Of a stretch of 64,000 bases of DNA, positions 12,947 through 25,450 are shown piece after piece (positions within the stretch are counted from its first letter, which is position 1; each line of letters opens with the position of its first letter). A program made the position numbers and the translations under genes. Origin of the DNA: Mobula hypostoma (lineage: Eukaryota); NCBI RefSeq assembly GCF_963921235.1, contig NC_086108.1, positions 76,076,001-76,140,000 of the forward strand, read 5' to 3'. Under the pieces are notes generated by a model that saw nothing but the letters and a program-made list of their open reading frames with translations, did not search any database and was not told the DNA's origin.

Positions 12947-13117
12947 TCACAAACAAGAGAAAATCTGTAGATGCTGGAAATCCAGGCAACACACCCAAAA
13001 TGCTAGAGGAATCAGCAGGCCAGGTAGCATCTATGGAAAAGAGTACAGTTGACGTTTCAGGCCAAGGCACTTCAGCAGACCCTTCCTGAGTTCTTCAGCA
13101 TTTTGTATGTGTGTTAC
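12947..13117 (-). mobile_element. Older Penelope-terminal-repeat-derived short repeat with partial inverted arm
   Basis: Similar to 23741-23950; minus strand has a decayed core CTGCTGA..GGCCTGAAACGTCAAC. Confidence 0.65.
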
Positions 13118-13795
13118 TGATATGACTTGTATGTGCGAGGACTGGGCATCAAGCCCCAGTGTCGCGGGGGCAGGGGGACTCTTATTAGGTGATTCTCAAT
13201 ATATCTATGGTTCAAGAGTTTAATGGTTGAGGGGTAATAACTGTTCTTGAATCTGTGGATGTGAGTTCAGAGGCTCCTATACCGCGCACCCAAATTGCTT
13301 CTCAGGCAGGAGTTATGTTTCATCACCCTCTCAACGCACTTCATTACTCTGGATGTAAGTACTCCTGGACGATAGTCAACGAGGAAGGTTTCCATGTTCT
13401 TGTACACTGGTGTAAGTGAAGTCTGCTTGAAGACCATAAGTCTATAAGACACAGGAGAAGAATTAGGCCATTCGGCTCATTGAGTCTTCTCCGCCATTCC
13501 ATCATGGCTGATTTATTAACCCTCTTACCCCTTTCTCCTGCCTTCACTCTGTAACCTTTGACATCCTGATTAATCACGAACTTAACAACCTCTGCCTTAA
13601 ATATGCCCTGTGATTTGGCTGGCTCAGCCATCTGTGGCAATGAATTCTACAGACTCGCTACTCTCTGGCTAAAGAAATTTTTCCTCATCTCTTTTCTAAA
13701 TGGATGTCCCTCTGTTCTGAGGCTGTACCCTCTGGTCCTAGACTTCCCCACTATAGGGAACATCCTTTCCACATACACTATCTAGGTCTTTCAGT

Positions 13796-14740
13796 CAACA
13801 TACATCAAAGTTGCTGGTGAACGCAGCAGGCCAGGCAGCATCTATAGGAAGAGGCGCAGTCGACGTTTCAGGCCGAGACCCTTCGTCAGGACTAACTGAA
13901 GGAAGAGTGAGTAAGGGATTTGAAAGCTGGAGGGGGAGGGGGAGATGCAAAATGATAGGAGAAGACAGGAGGGGGAGGGATGGAGCCGAGAGCTGGACAG
14001 GTGATAGGCAGAAGGGGATACGAGAGGATCATGGGACAGGAGGTCCGGGAAGAAAGACGGGGGGGGGTGACCCAGAGGATGGGCAAGAGGTATATTCAGA
14101 GGGACAGAGGGAGAAAAAGGAGAGTGAGAGAAAGAATGTGTGCATTAAAAAGAGTAACAGATGGGGTACGAGGGGGAGGTGGGGCCTAGCGGAAGTTAGA
14201 GAAGTCAATGTTCATGCCATCAGGTTGGAAGCTACCCAGACGGAATATAAGGTGTTGTTCCTCCAACCTGAGTGTGGCTTCATCTTTACAGTAGAGGAGG
14301 CCGTGGATAGACATGTCAGAATGGGAATGGGATGTGGAATTAAAATGTGTGGCCACTGGGAGATCCTGCTTTCTCTGGCGGACAGAGCGTAGATGTTCAG
14401 CAAAGCGGTCTCCCAGTCTGCGTCGGGTCTCACCAATATATAAAAGGCCACATCGGGAGCACCGGACGCAGTATATCACCCCAGTCGACTCACAGGTGAA
14501 GTGATGCCTCACCTGGAAGGACTGTTTGGGGCCCTGAATGGTGGTAAGGGAGGAAGTGTAAGGGCATTTGTAGCACTTGTTCCGCTTACACGGATAAGTG
14601 CCAGGAGGGAGATCAGTGGGGAGGGATGGGGGGGACGAATGGACAAGGGAGTTGTGTAGGGAGCGATCCCTGCGGAATGCAGAGAGAGGCGGGGAGGGAA
14701 AGATATGCTTAGTGGTGGGATCCCGTTGGAGGTGGCGGAA
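13796..14740 (-). mobile_element. Penelope-like element, solo terminal-repeat unit (GIY-YIG region, 3' UTR, hammerhead)
   Basis: 10-bp TSD GTCTTTCAGT (13786-13795, 14741-14750); open VIYCVRCSRCGLLYIGETRRRLGDRFAEH; nearly identical to 51464-52411. Confidence 0.93.
13857..13894 (-). ncRNA. Minimal type I hammerhead ribozyme motif
   Basis: Minus strand TAGTC-CTGACGA-AGGGTCTCGGCCT-GAAA-CG-TC-GACTG. Confidence 0.8.
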
Positions 14741-14750
14741 GTCTTTCAGT

Positions 14751-15560
14751 ATAGTCATAGTCATATTCATACTTTATTGACCCCGAGGGAAATTGGTTTT
14801 CGTTACAGTTGCACCATAAATAAATAGTAATAAAACCATAACTAATTAAATAGTAATATGTAAATTATGCCTGGAAATAAGTCCAGGACCAGCCTATTGG
14901 CTCAGGGTGTCTGACTCTCCAAGGGAGGAGTTGTAAAGTTTGATGGCCACAGGCAGGAGTGATTTCCTATGACGCTCGGTGTTGCATCTCGGTGGAATGA
15001 GTCTCTGGCTGAATGTACTCCTGTGCCTGACCAGTACATTATGTAGTGGATGGGAGACATTGTCCAAGATGGCATGCAACTTGGACCACATCCTCTTTTC
15101 AGACACCACCATCTGAGAGTCCAGTTCCATCCCCACAACATCACTGGCCTTACGAATGAGTTTGTTGATTCTGTTGGTGTCTGCTACCCTCAGCCTGCTG
15201 CCCCAGCACACAACAGCAAACATGATAGCACTGACCACCACAGACTCGTAGAACATCCTCAGCATCGTCCGACAGATGTTAAAGGACCTCAGTCTCCTCA
15301 GAAAATTGAGACGGCTCTGACCCTTCTTGTAGACAGCCTCAGTGTTCTTTGACCCGTCCAGTTTATTGTCAATTCGTATCCCCAGGTATTTGTAATCCTC
15401 CACCATGTCCACACTGACCCCCAGGATGGAAACAGGGGTCACCGGTACCTTAGCTCTCCTCAGGTCTACCACCAGCTCTTTAGTCTTTTTCACATTAAGC
15501 TGCAGATAATTCTGCTCACACCATGTGACAAAGTTTCCTACCGTAGCCCTGTACTCAGCT
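14751..15560 (-). mobile_element. Rex1/Babar LINE 3' fragment
   Basis: ORF 14894-15493 KTKELVVD..YKYLG..FLRRLRSF; (GACTAT)n tail. Confidence 0.88.
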
Positions 15561-18038
15561 TGATTTGATAGGTTTCAATGAGATCCCCCCTCATTTTTCT
15601 AAGCTTCTGCATGTAGAGGCCCAGAACCATCAAACGCTTCTCATATGTTAACCTTTCATTCCTGGAATCATTCTTGTGAACCTCCTCTGGACCATCTCTA
15701 ATGCTAGTACATCTTTTCTTAGATAAGGGGCCCAGTACCGCTCACAATATTCCAAGTGTGGTCTTACCAATGTCTTATAAAGCCTCAGCATTATGTCCTT
15801 ATTTTGTATTTATAGTCCTCTTGAAATAAATGCTAACGTTGCATTTGCCTTCCTCACCACAACTCAACCTGAAAGTTAACTGTTAGGGTATCCTGCACAC
15901 CTCAGATTTTTGAATTTTCTCCCTATTTAGAAAATAGTGCATGCCTTTATTCTTCCTACTGAAGTGCAAGACCATGCACTTCCCTGAACTATATTCCGTC
16001 TGCCACTTTACCCATTCTCCCAATCTGCCCTTCTGCAGATCCCCTGCTTCCTCAACACTACCTCCCCCTCTACTTATCTTTGTATTTTCTACACACTTGG
16101 CCACAAAGCCACAAATTCCTTCATCCAAATCATTGACATATAACATAAAAAGAAGCCGTCCCAACACTGACCCCTTTGGCACACCACTGGTCACCAGTAT
16201 CCAACCACCAAAGGCTCCCTTCATTCCGATTCTTTGCCTCCTGTCTTAAATAATTTTCTATCCATGGTAGTATCTTTCCTGTAATACCATGGGCCCAGGT
16301 CCTTGCTGAGATAAGCGTTAATTCTAGCCATAACCAACCTCTTCATCACCGTAGACGTGAGTGCTACTGGATGATAGTCATTAACGTACCTCACCCTGTT
16401 CTTCTTGGGCATTGGTATAATTGTTCCTCTGCCACTTCTTTGTCCCCCATTACTACCTCTTTATTTTCCAGTGGTCTGATACTCACTCTTGTCTCCCTTT
16501 TATTTTTTATATAATCTAAAAAAAACTTTTTATGTCCTCTTTTATATTATTGGCTAACTTGCCTTCATGTTTCTTCTTTTCTCTCTTAATGGCTTTTTTA
16601 GTTGCCTTTTGTTGGTTTTTAAAAGCTTCCCAATCCTCTACAGTACATCCCCACTAATTTTTGCTATATTATATGCTCTCCCTTTTTACTTTAGTGCTGT
16701 CTTTGACTTCCCTTGTCAGCCTCAGTTGGTTCATGCTCCATTTAGAATACTTCTTCATCTTTGGGATGTATCTTTCCTGCTTCTTCTGAATTGCTCCCAG
16801 AAACTCCAGCCATTGCTGCTCTGCCATCATCCATGCTGTTCTCCTCTTCCAATGAATTTTGGTCAGCTTCTCTAACATACCTCTGTAATTCCCTTTACTC
16901 CACTGTAATACTGATACATTTGATTTCAGCTTTTCCTTCTCAAAATGCAGGGTGAATTTTATCATATTGTGATCATTGCCTCTTAGGGCAACCTTTACCT
17001 TAAGCTCTCTAATTAAATCTGGGTCATTACATAACACTCAAACCAGAATTGCTGGTTCTCAACCACAAGCTGCTATAAAAAGTCATCTCATATGCATTCT
17101 ACAAATTTTCTCTCTTGGGATCCTGATTTTCCCAATCCACCTACATACATATTGAAATCCCCCATGATTATTGCAACATTGCCCTTTTTGACATGCCTTT
17201 TATATTTCCCATTGTAATTTGTAGCCCACATCCTGGTTACTGTTCTGAGGCCTGTATATAACTCCCATCAGGATCTTTTTACACTTGAATTTTCTTAACT
17301 CTACTGCAGGGATTCTACCTCTTGTGATCCTATGTCACCTGTTTCTAAGGGTTTGATTTTCTTTTACCAACAGAGCCATTCCATCCTCTCTGCCTACCTG
17401 TCTATCCTTTTGATACAATGTGTATTCTTGAATATTAATCTCCCAACTATGATCTTCTTTCAGCCGTGACTCAGCGATGCCCACAACATCATACCTGCTA
17501 ATCTCTAACTGTGCTATAAGATAATTTACTTTATTCCATATACTGTGTGCATTGAAATATAACACCTTCAGTCCTGCATTCAACACCCTTTTCGATTTTG
17601 GCCCCATTACGCTTAACTCCTTCCACTGACAGCAATTTTGCCTTATCACCTGCCTGTCCTTCCTCATAATGTTATTACACAGTGCGTCTAGTTGTGTACC
17701 AAATGACCCATCCTCAATTGTATCACTCTTGTTCCTATCCCCCTGACAAATTATTTTAACCTTCCCTGACACCTCTAGCAAACCTACCCACAAGGATCTT
17801 GGACCCTCTCGGGATCAGGTATAACCTGTTCATTTTGTACAGGGCATACCTTCCCCAGAAGAGATCCCAATCATCCAGAAATCTGAAATCTGCCCTCTGT
17901 ACCAATTCTTCAGCCACAGATGCATCTGCCAAATACCAAATGATCTGGCCCGTGCTTGCAATTAATTTTTCCTTCAAGGCTGATGCTATTCATAACTTTA
18001 TTTATCCAACTAGTGGATTCTGTACTTGGAGTTTTTAA

Positions 18039-21000
18039 GCAACACACATAAAAGTTGCTGGTGAACGCAGCAGGCCAGGCAGCATCTCTACGAAGAGGTG
18101 CAGTCGATGTTTCAGGCCGAGACCCTTCGTCAGGACTAACTGAAGGAAGAGTGAGTAAGGGATTTGAAAGTTGGAGGGGGAGGGGGAGATCCAAAATGAT
18201 AGGAGAAGACAGGAGGGGGAGGGATGGAGCCAAGAGCTGGACAGGTGATAGGCAAAAGTATACGAGAGGATCATGGGACAAGAGGTCCGGGAAGAAAGAC
18301 AAGGGGGGTGGGGGAACCCAGAGGATGGGCAAGGGGTATATTCAGAGGGACAGAGGGAGAAAAAAGAGAGTGAGAGAAAGAATGTGTGTATAAAAATAAG
18401 TAACAGATGGGATTCGAGGGGGAGGTGGGGCATCAGCGGAAGTTAGAGAAGTCGATGTTCATGCCATCAGGTTGGAGGCTACCCAGACGGAATGTAAGGT
18501 GTTGTTCCTCCAACCTTAGTGTGATTTCATCTTTACAGTAGAGGAGGCCGTGGATAGACATGTCAGAATGGGAATGGGATGTGGAATTAAAATGTGTGGC
18601 CACTGGGAGATCCTGCTTTCTCTGGCGGACAGAGCGTAGATGTTCAGCAAAGTGGTCTCCCAGTCTGCGTCGGGTCTCGCCAATATATGAAAGGCCACAT
18701 CGGGAGCACCGGACGCAGTATATCACCCCAGCCGACTCACAGGTGAAGTGTTGCCTCACCTGGAAGGACTGTTAGGGGCCCTGAATGGTGGTAAGGGAGG
18801 AAGTGTAAGGGCATTTGTAGCACTTGTTCCGCTTACACGGATAAGTGCCAGGAGGGAGATCAGTGGGGAGGGATGGGGGGGGGGAATGGACAAGGGAGTT
18901 GCGTAGGGAGCAATCCCTGCGGAATGCAGGGGGGGGGGAGGGAAAGATGTGCTTGGTGGTGGGATCCTGTTGGAGGTGGCGGAAGTTACAGAGAATAATA
19001 TGTTGGACCCGGAGGCTGGTGGGGTGGTAGGTGAGGACCAGGGGAACCCTATTCCTAGTGGGGTGGCGGGAGGATGGAGTGAGAGCAGATGTACGTGAAA
19101 TGGGGGAGATGCGTTTAAGAGCAGAGTTGATAGTGGAGGAAGGGAAGCCCCTTTCTTTAAAAAAGGAAGACATCTCCCTCGTCCTAGAATGAAAGGCCTC
19201 ATCCTGAGAGCAGATGCGGCGGAGACGGAGGAATTGCGAGAAGGGGGTGGCGTTTTTGCAAGAGACAGGGTGAGAAGAAGAATAGTCGAGATAGCTGTGA
19301 GAGTCAGTTGGCTTATAGTAGACATCAGTGGATAAGCTGTCTCCAGAGACAGAGACAGAAAGATCTAGAAAGGGGAGGGAGGTGGAAATGGACCAGGTAA
19401 ACTTGAGGGCAGGGTGAAAGTTGGAGGCAAAGTTAATAAAGTCAACAAGTTCTGCATGCGTGCAGGAAGCAGCGCCAATGCAGTTGTCGATGTAGCGAAG
19501 GAAAAGTGGGGGACAGATACCAGAATAGGCACGGAACATAGATTGTTCCACAAAGCCAACAAAAAGGCAGGCATAGCTGGGACCCATACGGGTGCCCATA
19601 GCTACACCTTTAGTTTGAAGGAAGTGGGAGGAGCCAAAGGAGAAATTATTAAGAGTAAGGACTAATTCCACTGGATGGAATTCCACTGGACAGTGGTGGT
19701 AGAGGGGAACTGATTAGGTCTGGAATCCAAAAGGAAGCGTAGAGCTTTGAGACCTTCCTGATGGGGGATGGAGGTATATAGGGACTGGACATCCATGGTG
19801 AAAATAAAGCGGTGGGGGCCAGGGAACTTAAAATCATCGAAAAGTTTAAGAGCATGAGAAGTGTCATGAACATAGGTGGGAAGGGATTGAACAAACATAG
19901 GTCGGAAGGGATTGAACAAGGGGGGATAAAAACGTGTCGAGGTATGCAGAAACGATTTCGGTGGGGCAGGAGCAAGCTGAGACGATAGGTCGGCCAGGAC
20001 AGGCAGGTTTGTGGATCTTGGGTCGGAGGTAGAAACGGGAAGTGCGAGGTGCGGGAACTATAAGGTTGGTAGCAGTGGATGGGAGATCCCCTGAGCGGAT
20101 AAAGTCGGTGATGGTGTGGGAGACAATGGCCTGGTGCTCCTTAGTGGGGTTATGATCGAGGGGTAAGTAAGAGGAGGTATCCGCGAGTTGTCGCTGTGCC
20201 TCGGCAAGGTAGAGGTCAGTACGCCAGACTACAACAGCATCCCCCTTATCGGCGGGTTTAATAATAAGGTTAGGATTAGTGCGGAGGGAGTGGAGAGCAG
20301 AGCGTTCCGAAGAAGTGAGGTTGGAATGGGGACAAGGTGCGGTGAAGTCGAGACGATTGATGTCCCGTCGGCAGTTAGCGATAAAGAGATCCAGAGCAGG
20401 CAGAAGACCAGAGTGGGGTGTCCATGAAGAAGAGGAGGGTTGAAGACGGGAGAAGGGGTCATCGGTGGGGGTGGAAGAGTCCTTGCCGAAGAAGTAGGCT
20501 CGGAGACGGAGACGGCGGAAGAAAAGTTCCTCATTATGGCGAACATGGAACTCGCTGAGGTGTGGGCGAAGGGGGCCAAAGGTGAGGCCCTTACTGAGGA
20601 CAGAGCGTTCTGCCTCCAACAGTTGAAGGTCGGAGGGGATGGTAAAGACCCGGCACGGATGAGAGCTGGGATCAGAGGCGGGAGGGGGGAGGCTGGGGGT
20701 GTCAATGGAGAGGGGATGGTTGGGGTGAGAGGAAGATGGAGCCTCTGAGGGCCCAGGAGCTGATGGTGGGATCTGAGGGAGACCGGATTGCAGAGTATTG
20801 GTGGGGGAAGGGGAGACGGGAGTCACAATAGCAGGACATAAAGACCCGGCCTGGAGTTCAAGGCTGGAATCTTGAAAGTTGGGATCAGAGGCGGGAGGGG
20901 GGAGGCTGGGGGTGTCAGTGGAGAGGGTATGGTTGGGGTGAGAGGAAGATGGAGCCTCTGAGGGCCCAGGAGCTGACGGTGGGATCTGGGGGAGACGGGG

Positions 21001-21131
21001 TTGCAGAGCAGTGGTGGGGGAAGGGGAGACGGGAGTCACAACAGCAGCACATGAAGACCTGGCCTGGAGTTCAAGGCTGGAGTCGCAGTTGGTGGTTGCG
21101 CAATCACTTTGAATGTCTCCATGGTCGTTGC
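18039..21131 (-). mobile_element. Penelope-like element, 5'-truncated and mutated
   Basis: 12-bp TSD TGGAGTTTTTAA (18027-18038, 21132-21143); RT (KGVAMGTRMGPSYA, RYIDN) and GIY-YIG split by a stop and frameshifts; internal duplications. Confidence 0.93.
18101..18138 (-). ncRNA. Hammerhead motif variant, probably impaired
   Basis: GAAACATC replaces GAAACGTC, which breaks the ACGT palindrome of stem III. Confidence 0.6.
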
Positions 21132-22131
21132 TGGAGTTTTTAACTCCTGTTGGAATGTAGGCATTTTGTGTTTTCTGACATAAATGTTGATTTATTGTTG
21201 TTACATTTACTGAGGTACAGTGAAAAGTTTGTCTTGCAAACTATTCAAATAGAATAAATCATTACACAGTGCATTGAGGTAATACAAGGTGAAAAAATCC
21301 ACCTGATCATTGGGTATATTTACAGAAGCAGTTGATGTTCTTGATAAGGGTATCAAAAGTTATGGGGAGAAGACAGGAGAATGGGGTTGAGGGGTGGTTA
21401 CAAGTCAGCCAGGTGGATTAGACTTGATGGGCCGAATGCCCTAATTCTGCTCCCATGTTTTATGGTCCAAAATGTTTGCCAATGTATCTTAATTGACCAA
21501 TTCCTTAACCTAACTTGCCAGCTTGATTTATCTTACTCGGCTTTCAAGTCCTCAAAATTGTTGTGATTGAAGCTTAAAGACCTAGTTTTAAACCCATTCT
21601 TCTCTCCCTCAAACTTAATGCATCCTAAGGGTGTCTTGGAGTTTGTTAGGCTGACTTTATTATATAATACCAGGTATAGTGTGGCCTGCAGCCTGGCTGG
21701 CTCCAGAATTTGTTAATCTAAGAAACTATCCTGAAAACACTGGAAATCCTTATATAGACTTAGAGTCATAGAGCATAGAAACAAATCCTTTGGCCCATCG
21801 AGTTTGTGCTGAACTGTTATTCTGCCTCGTGCCAATGACATGGAATTGGACCAAAGCTCTCTGTACCTCTTCCATCTATGTACTTATCCAAACTTCTCTT
21901 AAATGTTGAAATCAAACTCGCATCCACTACTTCCTCTGGCAGCTCATTCTACACTTAAACCACCCTCTAAGTGAAGAAGTTCCACTTCAGGTTTTCTAAA
22001 TGTTTCACCTTTCATCCTTAATCTATGACTTCTAGTTCTCATCTCACCCAACCTCTGAAAAAAGCCTTCTTGCATTTATGCTATCTATACCCCTCATAAT
22101 TGTGTATACCTCTACCAAATCTCCCCTTATA

Positions 22132-23735
22132 CAGGTTTCCCCCGCCATCCGAAGGTAGAGCGTTCCTATGAAACGGTTCATAAGCCGAAATGTTGTAAAG
22201 TGAAGAAGCAATTACCATTTATTTATATGGGAAAAATTTGTGAGCATTTGCAGACCCAAAAACAACCTACCAAATCATGCCAAATAACACATAAAACCTA
22301 AAATAACAGTAACGTATAGTAAAAGCAGGAATGATATGATAAATACACAGCCTATATAAAGTAGAAATACTTTTCCACAATCATTACTGCACTGTTCTCT
22401 GTAGCAAAAATCTCACGCAAGCGCCGTCGGCAGAAAATCTCACGGAAGCACTGTTGGCAAAAACTCGGCGCAAGCGCTCTCCAGTAACCTTTAAGCTATG
22501 AAGCTGCCAAATCATACCAAATAACACGTAAAAATACACAGCCTATATAAAGTAGAAATAATGTATGTACAGTGTAGTATCACTTACCGGAATTGGTTCA
22601 GCGCCGGGCACACTGATGATGGTGTGTTAGGCTGAGTCGTCGCAGGTTTGGGTGCGCAGTGGCCCCCACCCTCCAGGCCACCATCGATACATTGCCGTGA
22701 AGCATGCAGGGGTGCAGTGGTAGCAGGGAGGCACACAGCACATCTTTAAGAAAAAAGCCGAAATAAACAAGCTAATTAATTAGGTGTCACCCGGCACGTA
22801 ATTGTCGGCCCAGATCAGTGCCGATTTCCGATTGCGTCATCTCTGATCTGGTCCGACATTTATGTGTCGGGCAGCACCTAATTAATTAGCTTGTTTATTT
22901 CAGCTTTTTTCTTAAAGATGTGCTGTGTGCCTCCCGGCTACTACTGCATTCTCCGCGAATCGCGGGGTGGTGGGACACTGGGCTGTCATCTCATTGTCTG
23001 TTTCCATTAGAGCAGGCAGCTCATGTTCTGCTATGACCGCCTGCCTCGATGTCGAAGGTCGAGGTTCGTCGTCTGCTGTGGCTGATGTGGAAGGCTTGCT
23101 TGACTGCTGAGCCTCGCGCATTTTTCTATCATACAGTTCTTTGTAAGGACTCAAACCATCCTGCAAATATCCCCTAAACCTAAGTACCCTTTCAAAATTG
23201 AAATCGTACTTTAACATTGCAGCAAAAATCTCATGCAGTTGCTTCACGTTCAGTTCCTGGACGACTTCACTTTCGGTCCGTTCGCTACTGCATTCAGTTT
23301 CAATTGTTATTCTTTCCTCTTCCAATTGCATCAGCTCTTCATCTATCAGTTCTTAGTCATGGGATGCCAAAACTTCTTCAACATCATGTTCGTCAGCTTC
23401 CACAACCCAAACTCACTTAGTCCTTACTTCGTTCACCACGATCGAAATGCTTAATTATGTCTAGTTTTACGCTAAGTGTAACACCCTTACGAGCTCTTTT
23501 AGGCTTTTCCAATACCTTAGAATTCATCTTGCAAATGGCTGCTCACAGGCACGTGTTTAAGCAATGCCAGCGAGAATGCCGTTCGGAATTCGGGGGAGAG
23601 CGGCTGCTCGGGTCGCGTGCTGCTTTTTCTTCGTAACAGTGAAAACACCTTCTGAAAGCGAAAACGGTACTACTGTAGGTCTTTCGTAACCATGAGGTTT
23701 CGTAAAGCGAATGTTCGAAAAGCGGGGGACACCTA
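22132..23735 (-). mobile_element. Tigger/pogo DNA transposon, internally deleted
   Basis: TA|CAGGTTTCCCCCGC ... GCGGGGGACACCT(A/G)|TA; transposase C-terminal remnant 22912-23331 (YDFNFERVLRF..YKELY). Confidence 0.8.
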
Positions 23736-23740
23736 TATTT

Positions 23741-23950
23741 AAAAACGTAAACACAAGGAATTCTGCAGATGCTGAAAATTCAAGCAACACACATCAAAGT
23801 TGCTGGTGAACGCAGCAGGCCAGGCAGCATCTCTGGGAAGAGGTACAAGAGGTCCTGACGAAGGGTCTCGGCCTGAAACGTCGACTCTACCTCTTCCTAG
23901 AGATGCTGCCTGGCCTGCTGCGTTCACCAGCAACTTTGATGTGTGTTGCT
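23741..23950 (+). mobile_element. 210-bp Penelope-derived inverted-repeat mini-insertion with central hammerhead
   Basis: 63-bp arms at 23783-23845 and 23888-23950; 14-bp TSD GGACACCT(A/G)TATTT (23727-23740, 23951-23964). Confidence 0.9.
23851..23886 (+). ncRNA. Minimal hammerhead ribozyme motif at the hairpin tip
   Basis: GGTC-CTGACGA-AGGGTCTCGGCCT-GAAA-CG-TC-GACT. Confidence 0.78.
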
Positions 23951-25450
23951 GGACACCTGTATTTGTAACTTCGAGGAATAAAGTTCCAACCTATTCAACC
24001 TTACTCTGCAACTCAGGTCCTCAAGCCCCGGTACCATCCCTGCAAAATTTCCTTGTAGCCTTTCAACCTTACTGATGTCTATCCTGCAGGTAGGTGACCA
24101 GAACTGCACACATTACTCCAAATTTGACATTACCTTTACATTATAAAACTGTAACATAACATCCCAACTCCTGTATTCAATTATGAAGGCCAGTGTGTCA
24201 AAAGCTCTTTTTAATAACCTTGTCTACCTGTTACACCACTTTTAAGGGATTATGGATTTGTATCCCTAGATCCCTGTTCTACCACTCTCCACAGCACTGT
24301 CTATGCCTATCTGATTTTTCCAGTCTCTAAATAGATTAAAATTGTCCATGATAATCACAGCGCTCTTTTAACCAGCTGCAATTGTTTACTCTTTTATACT
24401 CTGTTCAAATGTATGGTCACAGATAAGAGGCCTGTATGCTGTTCCCACAAGTGACTTCTTACATCTATTTTGTCTTAACTCCATCCGAATTGCTTCTGCA
24501 TCCTAATTTCCAAATTTAGGACATCCCATGTTGGTTACCATTAACTATGATGCTTTCAGTAGCCTTCAATATTTGGATTCCATTCGATGACATCTTGCAG
24601 CCATATGTTTATAATGGTTTCAAGTCATAATTAGTTATTAAATCATACAGTTATTCACAATTAATCCACTTTATTTCAGATTCTTTGTCCATTCAATGCA
24701 GTGCAGAGCTTTTAATCTTATTCTTTTTTTCTGTATCCTTTAGCCTTATCTTCTGCTGTGATGTTAGATTCGTATTCCACATCCCTTTCACAGTATGTCA
24801 TTATCAAAATTTATCTCCATATCTCCATATGAAGAAATGCAGGGAGCTATCCCTGATATCCAAAATATATTCAAATATATTTATCCCTCAATCCAACACA
24901 GGACAAAATTACTGGATTACATTTTGTGAGGAAATGTCAGCATTTGATAAATAAATTAGTTAATTAAAGTTCAGAATGTTGAATGTTTCTGAATATTTCT
25001 GAAATGCTTTATATTTGAAAAATGTCATTGTTACTAACTGAAGATATCTGGCTTTTGCGGATGTCTGAGTCTTTTCAGCAGCTTGGTCATAGAGGCTTTT
25101 TCTTGGCTTCCCTATGTGATGGGATTCATGTGGTGGAATTGGTGTGTCTCTGTGGAATTTGGGGCTGAGATTATCCTACTACTTTACAGTTGTGGGGAGG
25201 GGAATACCAAAAAGAAGCAAAATTAGCCCAGCTCATTGTCTTGTTTGGGAATTTATTTATATGCTGATTGATTAGCATTTTTCACATTGTTGTGGGGGGT
25301 GGGGAGAGAGTGCAGTGTAAAAAGTTGTCAAGTGCTTTCACACATTCTGAAGTGGTGAATGCAGATATACAATTGCAAATCTGCAATTCAAATTGTATGG
25401 TCAATTAAGATAATTAAGTGATAGAATTTTTGCTCCTAACATGAAACTGA

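Larger units (their letters stand above)
13432..17990 (-). mobile_element. CR1 LINE, degraded, interrupted by Penelope and Rex1
   Basis: 3' UTR at 13432; VTSGVPKGSVLG; endonuclease LYFNAHSIWNK; ORF1 remnant FRFLDDWDLFWGR. Confidence 0.85.
21760..24300 (-). mobile_element. CR1 3' fragment split by Tigger and Penelope insertions
   Basis: CR1 3' UTR and ORF end at 21760-22130 resumes at ~23965 (QFWSP..DISKVERLQ). Confidence 0.7.

Noticed and set aside
13811..14392. Recurrent MLVNAAGQAAS... ORFs (also at 18055, 23800, 48668, 52132)
   Set aside because: Antisense frames of the Penelope terminal repeat with non-ATG starts and variable lengths; recurrence reflects copy number
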